64,000 nt of DNA from Octopus vulgaris (lineage: Eukaryota): NCBI GenBank assembly GCA_951406725.2, contig OX597825.1, positions 38,874,001 through 38,938,000 on the forward strand, read 5' to 3'. The notes beneath the pieces are model-generated. The model had not been told where the DNA came from. It saw only the letters and a program-made list of their open reading frames with translations, and did no database searches. Below are positions 1-12,399 of this stretch, in pieces. Position numbers and translations under genes: made by a program. The stretch's first letter is position 1; each line of letters begins with the position of its first letter.

Positions 1-560
1 ATCTTCCACGCTAGAGAAGAGGAAGAGATCTCATTAGCAGTCAAATATGTGTGAAGAATAGAAAAATAATCTGACATGTTATGTAAAGAGTTCAAAGGAG
101 AGATTCATGGCCGGAGAAAGAAGGACAACATTATGAAGCTGTAATGAATCAAAGGAAGAGCGATAATTTCAACACCATTGAAGAAATGGGGAGACAAAAT
201 ATGGCTGGTCAATTCTCGTGGAAAATCTGAGACGGATGACAGATAAGATCTGGGAATGGACTAGAAATAGCGACTTGAAAGTTGAAATTGAAGTCATTTT
301 TTTCGCAGCACAGGTACAGGCACAGAGATCGAATAATATGTTCAACATTGACAAATCAGTGACTTCTCCACTTTGTAGGTTGCGTGGGGAGAAAGATGAA
401 GCAGTAAATGTAAGATGCTTGAACAGAAGGAGTACAAGAGAAGAGACGATAACATCGCCATATTGGTTCACTGAAAACTCTGTCATAAGAGTGACATGAG
501 CAGAAGTCAGAAATATTGTAAGCAGCAACTGGAAAGAGTTTGCTAAAAACGAACAATATT
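1..560 (+). mobile_element. R4/Dong-type non-LTR retrotransposon, decayed C-terminal (zinc-knuckle) fragment
   Basis: ORF 218-499 WEWTRNSDLKVEIEVIFFAAQVQAQRSNN..IDKSVTSPLCRLRGEKDEAV resembles the R4/Dong pattern W.W...DLK.ETE..I.AAQ.QA..TN..ID....CRLC...ET upstream of the CCHC knuckle; frameshifted. Confidence 0.7.
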
Positions 561-2210
561 ACACCTTGTTGGACATAGCTGACTCACTCAAGCCTTCCAA
601 GTTCCCTACGACAGCCAACAGAGAAAGAAGAAAATAAAAGGATAAAATGGACCCGGGAAACATAAAGAAGTAATATACGCTTATTACTATGCATTAAGTT
701 GGCAATTTCAAGAGAGACACACCAAAACTCTTACAAAATACAGAGAACACAAATATTTGGATGAAAACAAGATAGCAAATGTCAGGAGTGATAACTTTAG
801 ACTCATAGATAGTGAAATAGGAGCCACCAAGCATGCAGCGTAAAATGAATTAAATATAAGAGAGGACGGAAATGATGAATTAGATGAAGATAGCAGCGCA
901 CCACGTGTTGAAAGACTGTCCGCTAACACAATCACGTAGAAACCTGAAGAAATAAGAAATTTTAATGAACCTGATAAAAATAGTAAGGAAAGTAATAAAG
1001 AAATAGTGTTTCAAGACCACACATTTGCTGAAGAACACAGAAAGTCGATGCTGGAAATGAAGTAAAAAAAAATCAGAATATGCTTGCCGTAGTAAGATAT
1101 GCAAGTATGGATCATAGAGAACCACTTCATAAACTCATAAATACAAACCAAAATAATAATAAAAAGAAGCTTATTAAATTTGCCAACTATGTAAGAAAAG
1201 AAATAGAAGTATTAAAATAGTATCTTACTGAATTAAATGAAATTATTTAACCATTTGCTAAGTTAATTGAAACCAGCTGTATACCTCCGAAAAACAAATA
1301 AACAAACCAACAAAGAAAACCAGATCTGGAAAGAAATCTAAACTGGAGAAGTAAAATTGAAAAATATAGTGTATTAATGAAAAGGGAATTGTTAGTATTA
1401 AATTAACTAATCTGTGTATATGATATAAGATCCAGAAAATGAAGGAAGATGAAGGGAAAATATGGATTCCCGTGAAGAAAAGAACTGCTATCAACAAAAG
1501 AAAAACTAAAACAAAAGGTCGAAATAAAAACTAAAAGAATACGAAGATTTGAGTAAAGGAACAGAATTTACATCCAATGTCAAAACATTTCCCAGGGTAA
1601 TTAAGAAGGAAAAATTAACGGTTGAAGACCTCCTCCCTCCTATCAAAGAAGCTGAAATCTTTTGGAAAATAAGTTGTAGTGATGAGAAGACATCCAATGA
1701 AAATACAGATTAGATTAGACGGACAGAAAAAACCTTTCAAAATTTTATAAAATTTTACAATGGCAGATGAATGGTGACACTCACGAATGCACATAAGGGA
1801 AATACCTCCGGTAGAGATAGGGTGCCAAGTTTCTGGTCCTCATTGCTCCTATGTGCACACGAAAATTTATTTCAGCTGTTTAACGAAATTATGAGAGGAT
1901 GTAAGAAAACACCTGACTGATTAACAATTGGTATTAATTACCTACTCCCAAAGAATATTGAAACCCAAGTTCAAAAAGATCTATCGGTTCATAAGCTTTG
2001 TATCCAGAACTTACCAAATTTTGACATTCATACTCGTGAATAATACAGATGCATCTATAGAAGAGAACGATATTTTCCCATTGAACAAAAAGGGTGCCGA
2101 CGAAGCTCATATGAATGCAAAGATCAACTTCAAATTATAGTTTGATCTTTGAGAAATGTTACAAGCGCTGGAATCTCAGTTTCGCGTAGATTGATTAGAA
2201 AAGTGATTTT

Positions 2211-3884
2211 CGTATCATGAAAATTGTTCGAAAGAATTATTCGAAAAGCAGTTATTCGAATTGGCAATTTATCGAAAGAAAATTATTCGAATTGATGATT
2301 GTTTGAATTGTTTGATTTAACATGCACCAGTGACAGACACGTTGCCGGAAAGTGAAAGACAGAAATATGCTGCTCGAGATAATTTACCTAGAATTTATAT
2401 ATCCTTTAAATGTGGACGGATATACTGATAGTGAAAAAGGCAAGCCCATGCTCAAAATTGGTTTACTATTTGTAAAATATAAGCAAATTGGAAACAAGAT
2501 ATATTGGAAGTGCAATAAATGTGCATTGTATTTTAAATGCCGTGCAAAATCTAATGACGGTGAAGTAAAAGTTTCTCGTGAACATAAACATTCTGGTGAG
2601 TCCGTGAACATCGAAGTGCGTACTTATATGAACAGAGTAAAAGAAAAGGCTAAAGAAACTCATGATTCTCCACATTCTATAACTTCTACTGTTGCCTCGC
2701 AGTTTAGTGAAAACGTAGTGTAAGCTTTGCCAATAATAAGCTCTATGAAGAGGACTATTCACGATGTAAGACAAAAGATAAGATGCGACTTGGCTAATCC
2801 TATTCATTGAAGAGAAATGGTTTTCACAAACTAATAATATTGTGAGGAATAACTTAAACATTCCGATAGTTTGTGCCTTACTTCCAGATAAGAAGGCTGA
2901 CACTTATAGAAAATTGTTTGATAAAATTAAGATAAGCGTTCTTAATTTACGAGTGACGTCTATAACGTCAGATTTTGAGCTTGCCACTATAAAAGCTGTT
3001 GAAGAATTCCAAACAACTTCACGTTATGGATGTATTTTTCAGTTGGGACAGTGCCTCTATCGAAACATTTGTGAATCTTGTCTCAAAGTAAATCATGATA
3101 CCGATTCCGAGTTTGCTTTAGGCATTCAAATAATGTTAGCACTAGACTTTGTCCCCGTATATAAAGTTGCTGAATCATTTGATACTTTATTAGATTCCAA
3201 TATGTGTACTTCAATAGTGAATCCTATTCTGGGTTATTTCCTTCAAACGTCATTGACGAAGACCTACGTTCGAGATATCTATATGGTCTGGCTTTGAAAG
3301 TGTCAATGCTTGTTTACCAAGAGCTAGCAACACCCTTGCAGGACGGCATAGAGCTTTGTTTACAGCAAGTATTATCCCATCATCGTACAATATGGAAATT
3401 CGTATAATCGCAAAATATGGAAATGCGTAGGCGCTCTTTGAAGGGAACAAATCTTGCAAGAATTTGATATTGTGAAAATAAAAGCAGGTTGCCAACATAT
3501 CAAGAGGGACAAAAATACCGAGACGTGAATGAAAGCCTCAAGAAATTGCTGGCATCCATTGACGAAAGCCTCAAGTAGAAATTAGTGGCCTCCGTTAACA
3601 TTCAGTGGTTGAATATTTACATGGCGTAACATATAACTTAACTTTATAAATATATTTTTTTTAATCATTGGTAATAAATACATGTGTTTATTAAATAAAT
3701 ATCATTGGTGTACTTGATTTTTAATTTTATCATATTTGTTTAAATAAAATAAAAAATAGAATAATTAACGTATCGTATAATTGTCCAGTTGAATAATTTT
3801 CATTCATACAATTATCTATGGGAATAAAGGTTTTTCGAATAATTGTTTTTGACCAATTATTTTCGAACAATGTTCACATAATCG
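2211..3884 (+). mobile_element. Mutator-like (MULE) DNA transposon with FLYWCH and MULE transposase domains, decayed
   Basis: ORF 2352-2723 has a FLYWCH pattern (IYWKC..C...CRA...HKH); ORF 2842-3297 has the MULE core (PIVCALLPDKKADTY..LF...SDFELA...GCIFQLGQCLYR); imperfect TIRs rich in TTCGAA at 2211-2310 and ~3770-3884; near-duplicated flanks tgatttt (2204-2210) and agatttt (3885-3891). Confidence 0.85.
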
Positions 3885-4910
3885 AGATTTTGACTGCATA
3901 CCGCATTCAGATATGCTGAAATCGCAGGACCTCTTCAACATTTCTACCGTAAATTAGAACTTCCTGAAGCATAATATGTCACTTTAATAGAATGCTACAT
4001 TCAAAAATATTAACGCTAACTGTGGGATATTCAGATATAACTTACTTTCACCTTTAACATTTTTCACAGCACTAATTCCCCTCAATAAAGCCACCCATAA
4101 AGTTCACAATGGAAAAGGAAAAGGACAATCAGCTAGCATTCCTGGACGCATTAATAACACACAGCAAGTATGGATTCAGGACATTCGTATATCGCAAGCC
4201 GACCGTAACTGGACAATAGTTTAACTTAAATTCCGACCATCTATACAGTGTAAATATAGGAATTGCTCAGTGCCTAAAATATCGAGCAAAGAATATAAGT
4301 AGTGATCGTGATACCAACCACGAAGAAATGATCAAGCTCAATGACGATTTGTTAAGCAACAACTACCCCCAAAACATACTATCTACTCCAATTATTAATA
4401 AAAGAGAAGATGAAACCAATAAAGTGTTTACAGTAGGTCTACCCTATGTGAAAGGCCTCTCTGAAAAGATACAAAAGATATGCGGCCCATAAGACATTGG
4501 GACAGTATTCATGAGTAATACAACCCTTCGCAAATATCTTCTTCTGGTAAAACCACCAATAGAAGAGAATATGACCAATATGTGCGCGTACTCCATCCCA
4601 TGTAGATGTGGTAGTTTATACAAAGGTGAAACATGCCGCCCCCTCAAAATAAAGGTAGACGAACATCGCAAAGCTGTGACACGAGGAGATATCGATAAAT
4701 AGGATATAGCTGATCATGTATGGAAAAATGTAGACCATAGATATATAGATAGAGAACACCACTGGAAAATACGAAAACTAAAAGTAGCAGCACATATCCT
4801 AGGACACAACAACATCCTAAGCAGACGGAGTGCAGATATGAATAGGATATAGGCTAAGTGTTAAGGAAGGATAAGAAAATAGTAGATTTATAAGCCCTAA
4901 AATTGCCTAC

Positions 4911-4985
4911 GGGCAAATGGCGTAGTGGTTAAGAGCGCGGGCTACTGACACCAAGATTTCGAGTTCAATTACAAGCAGTGACCTG
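4911..4985 (+). promoter_or_regulatory. tRNA-like sequence with Pol III A and B boxes inside the PLE 3' region (not a functional tRNA gene)
   Basis: tggcgtagtgg (A box, 4918-4928) and gagttcaatt (B box, ~4961-4970) at tRNA spacing, followed by (AAT)n; stems are degenerate. Confidence 0.6.
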
Positions 4986-5094
4986 AATAATAATAATAAT
5001 AAGAGTAATAATAATAATAATAATAATAGTAATAATAATAATAACATCTAAAAATATCTTCGGAATGAGAACCCAGGTTCGAAATTTCCCCAAT

Positions 5095-5138
5095 ACACCT
5101 GATGCAAGCTGGAGAATATATCAACCGAAACGTTGTGT
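5095..5138 (+). ncRNA. Degenerate minimal type I hammerhead ribozyme at the PLE 3' end
   Basis: acac-CTGATGC-aagctg(gagaatatat)caacc-GAAA-cg-tt-gtgt; stem I acac/gtgt; core A9 changed to C; helix II mismatched. Confidence 0.6.
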
Positions 5139-6898
5139 TGACACAGACAATACGTCAAATGTAAATAATGTAAATAATGTACTAATTCCCCTTACAAGTG
5201 AAGTTAAGAGAACAGAATACAAGTATAAAACTGATACGTATGACCTAAGATTCTATGGTAAAAACAGTGATAAGTTTAAGTTCTCTTACGTACGGTGAAA
5301 TCATTCAAGAATAACGTTGAAATTGTGCTGGTCTCGATAAGTGATCCAATGTCCCTTTACGGAAAGAGAAATTGAAAATGTCAAATTCAATCGTGTTAGA
5401 TATTGGCATGGTTGAAAAAGAAGTTGAGCAAGATCAAATCTATAAAGCTATGAAAATAATCATGTAAGCATGAACGAGATCAAAAGTGAACGTTATAGAA
5501 AGTTCGAGCAGTCCTGTAATCTAAGCTAAATGTGCATAGTACAGTGTTAGCCATAATGTAGTCTGCTTGGTGCGTTGGAAAACGTTTATTAGGCTTTCAC
5601 TGTATAGGTTTATATCTCAAATTGTCGAAATAGGCTTCTGTCAGTGAAATTGTTTTTAATAGTATGTGTGACAATGAAATTTCACCGGCTTTTCTGTTTG
5701 TTGCTGACAGAAATATACCTTGAGCAATATCCAGCACAGAAACATAAACATACCTCTCGCACACACATACTCAAACACTGGAACGCAAATGCACGATCAT
5801 ACACTTCCTCTTGCATGCACTACACACACACACACATACACACACGCACACACACATATAGATCCAATAAATATGAATGTCGTTAAAACGAAATTACAAA
5901 AGTTCCTCACTATCAAAACAGAATATAGAACCATAATTTATTGTAAGAGAATTAAATTGACATAAAATTTCGAAATATGTTACAATACTAAACCTGAAGT
6001 CTATATTTTACTCTCATTTATTTGTTTGTGAGTGTGTGTTTTATATATCATTTTATTTTTTTCACCTTTATATGAATTATTTATTGAGTTTGATTTTAAC
6101 TCATTTCATTAATGCAGCTTATGCGATATTAGACATGTCCTCAAGCATGCATCATTTTGCCGTGCATAGTATTTTTTACAACTTTTATTCTCCTCTTAGC
6201 AATTATTGAAATATAATATTCATTACATTTTAATCTAGATCTAATTAAGCAAGCAAAGTGGTATGAATTCACAAATCTAATGATAGTTTCGCGAAAGAAT
6301 TGTTCCATAAAGCGTCCTTTTGTATTTTATGTAGAATGATTTCTTTGCCTGCAGGCATATTTTGTTGAAGCAAGGAAACAAATATATTCAAAAATATACA
6401 ATATTATATTTCTAAAACTTTATAAAAGTATATATTGCAAAGATTTATTTACATCAGCTACAGACTGGAAAAGCTGTGGCAGTCCGTCATAATACTCAGT
6501 ATATTTTATTGGAAATTATATTGCAATTTTCTCTACGTTAATATTTTATAAGACTTCAAACCTGAAATATTTCCTATTGAAAAATATGAAAATCATGCCG
6601 GTTTCTCGGTGTAGGCGAATATACATATATTCATATCATTTAAGATGTTTTCCCAAGCAACAGGTGTATCTTGTTGGCACAGAGTCGGTCCAGATATATG
6701 CGGTTTACAGTAGCAGTAACATATGAAAAAAACTAAAATTACAAATTTAGGTACAGCTATGTCAGTGTAACAAAGGGATTTCGTGTACAGTTCCAGTGCG
6801 CCTCAAATTGGCCGAGCGTCTCCACTGACATATTCCTTGTTTGAATTGCCGAATCTAAGATCTCGTTCTTACATATATCAAGTCATCCCATAAACATA

Positions 6899-8018
6899 TA
6901 CCAAGTCATCCTATAAACAGATATAATTTTACATTTTATTAAAATTTAATCCTGTATATAATTCCCATCTATATAAATGATTTCATCGCATCTGCTCTTC
7001 AGTATTTTAAATCCATAGTCGAGAATCCTTTACGGTTTTAATAAGAAGAAGGAAGAGAGGTCAGTTTTGACTTCTTTGGGGCATTTGAGTATTAATCCAC
7101 ATAAATGATTCAGTAGGATACGAATAAAATGGTAATCAGGAGGATCTAGGTTCGGGGAAGAAGGCAGAGGAGATATTTTCCCCAACCAAGTTCTTTGAAT
7201 TTTTTCTGATGTAATCTTTGCAATTTTGGTGCATTGCATTATCACGATCAAACACCGCTCCCTTACGATTCGCCGAAGCAGGTATCTTTTCTTCAAAGCA
7301 GCATCCAAACACTCTAATTGTTTTTTAAATGTTGTTAGTTCAAAATACATGACTGCAATGCAAAGAAAAACTGGGAAAGAAAAACTGTTTTTGCATGAAG
7401 TTCTTTTTACGTTGTGGTTTAGCATGTTCTCCACAACTAAGTCATTGCCTGTATCGCTTAACATTTTCATTAAAAAAATCTTTTTTTCATTACCAGTCAA
7501 AAATCGTCAAAAATGGTGAGATACGTTCGCGAGAGGGAAGTGATGAGCAGAAGTCCAAACATGATATGCAGTTAGCTTATGGCAAATAATAGGGAACCAA
7601 TATTCCGAGTTTGGGCAACATTCCAAGCTGTTGAAAATGGCAGCGAACTGTAGGAAGGCTTGAATTGAACTTGATTGCAAATTATTCAACTGACACAGCT
7701 TTATGCTTCCCAGTCTCTGACAAAAGAAGCACATCATAAAATTCGTGACTTGTCTCTTTAGAATGAAACCCCTATTACTGAACTTAGCAAAACAATGAAT
7801 ATTTCGGGTTGCTTCTGCTGTACTGTCTCAGTTTTTGAAATCATAAAGCATTTTGTACCGTAAATGCTCCATCGATACATCCATCATTAGTAATTAATTA
7901 CATTATGCTAAATGTTTCCAAATTCATATGAGTAGTAATGAAAACCATTTGGCCATTTAAAATACTGTAAACGAATTGATAGAAATTATATATATAATAT
8001 TTATAGGAAGACCTGATA
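6899..8018 (-). mobile_element. Decayed mariner transposon
   Basis: ORF 7030-7500 SPNLDPPDYHFIRILLNHL matches the mariner YSPDLAPSDYHLF motif; TIR-like ends taccaagtcatcctataaa (6899) and ttataggaagacctgata (8001-8018). Confidence 0.75.
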
Positions 8019-8057
8019 TACATACATATATACATATACACACACACACACACACAT

Positions 8058-8104
<47 letters not shown>

Positions 8105-8225
8105 TACGAGATATTAGATTCGGCAATTCAGTGTAGTTTTCTCAATTTTACAAAACAGAATATGCATCACATGCTTCGGTAATTCGTTCCTTTACGGCAT
8201 TTGCGCGTTCAGATAAGAAGTGTGA

Positions 8226-9720
8226 TTTTTCTTTTTTTTTACAATTAACTTTTATTGTTTCCAGTTTTCCCTCTTATAATTTAAAACAGCACTGCCAGAG
8301 GACCGTGAAGTTTTGTATAAAGTAAATGGAGAACAGGACCTTTTGTGAGAATAAAGAAATGGAGAAAGTATCAAAAATAAAAATAAATAATAAAATAATA
8401 AAAATAGATTAAACAAACGAAGAGAAAAGAGAGAAAAGAAGGGACAAAAAACAAATAGAATAAAATATAATATACTATCACTACTACACATTCACTCGTC
8501 AATTACTCATAAAATCTTAATACAGTTCTACAAGAAGTAACACTTAAGGACTACCATGCGTTTACAGTCTCCATTTTCTATGATTCCTCTTGCTTGCTTT
8601 CATTGTATGATCTGGTTTTTTCAATTAGATATCTGTCAAGGAGAGAGTATCTAAAATGTTTGAAGCTGTTTTTTGACACTTTGCTTTTATATATAAAAAA
8701 TTCTGCTAATAATAGTAGGTCAAAGTTGCCATCCGTATATGTGGGTTTTTTTCTCAAACCGAACAGAATAAGCTGTGGGTCAACTTTCACATAGCGCACA
8801 TGTATGCACTTTTCCTACCTCAAACCTAAGAAGCGTTGCCAGATGGCCAGTAAACATTCACAATACCAGAAAAGGTGTGATATCGTCTCCACCTCACGTT
8901 GACAAAAAGTGCACATGTTGCTTCCGGATAATTTAATCTTGAATAGCAGAGAATTAGTTGCTAGAATATAGTGTATAATTCCGAACTGGAACCTTCGTAG
9001 TTTAGTTTCTGTTGTTGTCTTTATAGGTAGTAAAAATATTATTTCACATTCCAGTTCAGCAAGCATACACTCTCCCCATTTGTGCTTGAATAAGAAATAA
9101 GCCTCAACATGGTTTAAAACATAGTAATATCGTTTGGCTCCTTTCTTAACAACATGAGCTTTCGGATAGCTGCATTATGCGCTAAATATTGGAAAGCAGT
9201 AGGTTTGCTTATATTAAACTTTGTTTGGTAGCTTTTAATGTCTCTGTTAAGCCGATTATACTGGAGAAAATTTGTATCAAATTTTAAAAAAATTCTTGAA
9301 TTCTTCCAGGGTGCGGTAAGATCCATTTAAATTGAATCTGGCTAACACCTCACCAATCTGGCTAACATCTCTCTCGAATCAGGAAAATGATTGCCTCTTT
9401 AGGCTCCGTCTTATTTGTGAACTTGTCAAGAGTGTAATTTCTCTACTTATCATTCTGTGTCAGAATAATGTTTTTGGTGTGCCTTCTGAAAATTTTCAGA
9501 TATGGTATGTGAGTTAAAATTGATTATGCTAGGACCAAATTGTCATTGCAGATGCAAAGTACGTTGTAAACTACATTTGATTAAAACAAAATCCAATGAA
9601 CTTTGCCTCGTATCTTCTTCCAAGATCCAATTCAACAAGCTCCAAGAGAGCATAGCGTTTCGTTGTTTCTCTTGTAGCGTGATAAGTATTCATTATGTTC
9701 TTCTTTGTATGTCTCTTTCT
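8226..9720 (-). mobile_element. Tx1/L1-clade LINE 3' fragment
   Basis: ORF 8815-9066 KLRRFQFGIIHYILATNSLLFKI...CTFCQREVETISHLFWYC is a zf-RVT domain; ORF 8578-8799 has LLLLAEFFIYKSK; T-run at 8226-8240 is the poly(A) tail on the minus strand. Confidence 0.8.
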
Positions 9721-9734
9721 TAGGACAAATGCAG

Positions 9735-9771
9735 ACACACACACACATAAACACACAGAGACACAGAGACA

Positions 9772-9850
<79 letters not shown>
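9735..9850. repeat. (CA)n/(TA)n microsatellite
   Basis: Direct reading. Confidence 0.95.
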
Positions 9851-9856
9851 GTGTAT

Positions 9857-10005
9857 ACGACGGGCTTTCAGTTTCCGTCTACTAAATCCGTTCACAAAGC
9901 CTTAGTCGGTCGGAGGTTATATTGGAAGACACTGGCCAACGTGCCACGCAGTGGGACTGATCTTGCAACCAAGTGGATGGAAAGCAAACTTCTTACTACA
10001 CAGGC
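9857..10005 (-). mobile_element. tRNA-derived SINE (family A), 5' head
   Basis: Reverse complement gives a tRNA-like head followed by agtcccactgcgtggcac...cccgtcgt; homologous to 51293-51461 and 59574-59736. Confidence 0.8.
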
Positions 10006-10007
10006 AA

Positions 10008-10038
<31 letters not shown>

Positions 10039-10040
10039 TA

Positions 10041-10083
10041 TGGTTAGATAGATAGATATTGATAGACACATGTTTATACACAT

Positions 10084-10120
<37 letters not shown>

Positions 10121-10172
10121 TTAGATAGATAGATATTGATAGACACATGTTTATACACATACAACATATATA
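10041..10172. repeat. Tandem duplication of a ~50-bp unit embedded in (TA)n
   Basis: tggttagatagatagatattgatagacacatgtttatacacatacaac at 10041 and 10118. Confidence 0.9.
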
Positions 10173-10356
10173 TACCTATAGGAAGCAACTCTCTTTATGC
10201 ATGTTTCATCAGCATCTCATCTCTTAGTTTTATGTCATCTTCAAAGGTTTTGCATTTCTTTGTAACTTTATTTACTATTTGTCTGTAGCAAGAAAGTTCA
10301 TAGATCTATAATGAATATTTCCAGGCCTTCGCAACTCCCACCCGCCTTCAGGATGT

Positions 10357-10422
<66 letters not shown>

Positions 10423-11025
10423 TAGATAGATAGATAGATAGATATCTCAGGTGGGGCGATGGCGTATGTGCATGTATTTAGCTAAATCTATATATACAGG
10501 TAGCAAGTAATATACACTTATATATATATAAATGTGTGTGTGTATGTGCTTCTATATATACTATTCATTTGATGTATTAATTTCGAGATTATGACTAATT
10601 TCATCACACCTAACATTAATATATCTTTGTTTGCACTGTTTGTTTTTATTTAGCTTTTTTCTAAACTTTTATCAAATCTCAATTTATATTCATTTCAATT
10701 GGTGAATACCCAAGTAAATTATTTTTACTACGCTTGTTTTTTTAAACTGTGTTATACAACGCTGTTTAGTGTTTTTGATGTTAAATTTAATGAAAATTTA
10801 ATTATGTTGTTTTAAGTATCATATACACGATTTCGTGTTCAATACTTTCTAGATTTTCTTTCTAGAATTACTCACTTTGCCTTGCAAAATCACGCTTTCT
10901 ATCAGAAAATTCGCAGCTAGAATATTGAATGTACAATTTCCCGTATATTAGTAAGGATATAGTATTTACTAAATTTGGTCTCTCTATAATAAGTCAGATT
11001 GTAATATAACGCTTGTCTAAGGGAC

Positions 11026-11240
11026 AAGCTGGGAGGACCGTTAGAACGCTGAAAAGATAATTACTGGCCTGTCATCCATCTTTATGTTTTGAGTTCCAAT
11101 TCCGCCGAGGACAACACTGCCGTCATCCTTTTGGGTTCGACAAAATAACTACCAGTGAAGCATTAGGGGTTCATGTAATCGACTGATCGCTTTCCCCGAA
11201 TTATCCCCTCCTTTTGGCCTTGTACTAAACATTGAAACCA
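11026..11240 (+). mobile_element. tRNA-derived SINE (family B), decayed
   Basis: gagttccaattccgccgagg...catccttttggg...taccagtg...tgaaacc; homologous to 11257-11465 and 27600-27811. Confidence 0.7.
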
Positions 11241-11256
11241 ACATTACATATGGCTA

Positions 11257-11465
11257 AGGTAGTGAGCTGACAAAAACGTTAGCACACAGGGCAAAATACA
11301 TAGTGGCATTCTGTCCGTCTTTAGGATCTGTGTTTGAATTACACCGAGGTCGACTTTGTCTTTCATCAGGCTCGATATAATGAGTAGTGGTTGAGCACGG
11401 AATCCTTTGAATATATTTAAACCTTCCTCCAAATTACTGGCCTTGGGACGAAATTTGAAATTAAT
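11257..11465 (+). mobile_element. tRNA-derived SINE (family B), second adjacent copy
   Basis: gagctgacaaaaacgttagcac...ccgaggtcgactttgtctttcatc; same core as the neighbouring copy. Confidence 0.75.
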
Positions 11466-11625
11466 ATTACGTTTATCTTTATCATTTACGTACTCTTTAA
11501 TAAAGCCTTGATGGCATATAGTTCCCCTCATCGGTAAATTTACATAACATAGACATTCTCCTTGGTTCTTGCTTTGTAGACATACATACACAGACACACA
11601 GAATGCCCATACACGTATCTGTGGA

Positions 11626-11662
<37 letters not shown>

Positions 11663-11822
11663 GCACACAACACACAGTGAATAAGTGAGGAGTATTCGTC
11701 AAATGAACTAAAGTAATAGGTATATACTCCTATGAAGTTGTGTGTGCACATTAGCGAATCATTAATTCATCCATTAATATGGATGAAGAAAATATAAATT
11801 ACAATAGACAAATATTCTCTCC

Positions 11823-12151
11823 TACCAGCAGACCATGGCTTCTGGGTTATATATATATATATATATATAAATGTAGCGAGAGGAGGGAGGTTAATATAAA
11901 CAGCACATTGCAATATTTCACCAGACAGGAGAATTATAATCATCACTAAACGTGACTAAATGTGACACGGTTGACAAGAAATAAGAGTTACTCCACTCTA
12001 ATGATGTGCGTTACCTACATCATTAGAGTGGAGTAACTCTTATTTCTTGTCAACCGTGTCACATTTAGTCACGTTTAGTGATGATTATAATTCTCCTGTC
12101 TGGTGAAATATTGCAATGTGCTGTTTATATTAACCTCCCTCCTCTCGCTAC

Positions 12152-12231
<80 letters not shown>

Positions 12232-12255
12232 CCCAGAAGCCATGGTCTGCTGGTA
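11823..12255. repeat. Near-perfect long palindrome (fold-back) with a 9-nt spacer
   Basis: 11823-12007 is the reverse complement of 12017-12255 apart from (TA)n length; spacer gcgttacct. Confidence 0.95.
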
Positions 12256-12399
12256 CTCCTAATAGGTAGAGGAGAGAATATACTCCCTTGCTCAGAGTAT
12301 ATCAGACACAGATGGTGTGTCGATAACCAGTTGGAAAAGATGCTAGAGCTAGGAAACCTTTCAGGCATTAAATTCAATTTCCCTTATTAATAACTGAAT

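Larger units (their letters stand above)
4083..5180 (+). mobile_element. 5'-truncated Penelope-like element (RT C-terminus, GIY-YIG, 3' end)
   Basis: IKFTMEKEKDNQLAFLDALI...VYRKPT (4095-4205); GIY-YIG-type CAYSIPCRCGSLYKGETCRPLKIKVDEHRK (ORF 4511-4702); exact 12-bp TSD actaattcccct at 4071-4082 and 5181-5192. Confidence 0.9.
600..5520 (+). mobile_element. Decayed R4/Dong-type LINE (RT region) interrupted by a MULE and a Penelope-like element
   Basis: RT motifs read across stops and frameshifts: EAEIFWK (~1650), P.WL..G..YLLPK (~1910-1950), YQILT, EQKGCR (~2085), AWIDY.K (~2185-2200); after the MULE, FDCIPHS (3888) and GIF...LSPL.F..ALIPL (4021-4083); after the PLE, LIPLTSEVKR and a GLDK-like motif (5181-5345). 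Outer ends approximate. Confidence 0.75.

Noticed and set aside
2211-2310. Regularly spaced ttcgaa repeats resembling a CRISPR or operator array
   Set aside because: They are subterminal repeats of the MULE TIR in a eukaryotic context, with no unique spacers or cas genes
4911-4985. Functional tRNA gene
   Set aside because: Acceptor and T stems pair poorly, there is no T-run terminator, and it lies inside a TSD-bounded retroelement
10185-10250. Possible minus-strand hammerhead (ttgaaga...ctgatgaaacatgcata)
   Set aside because: No convincing helix II or III pairing; too degenerate to call
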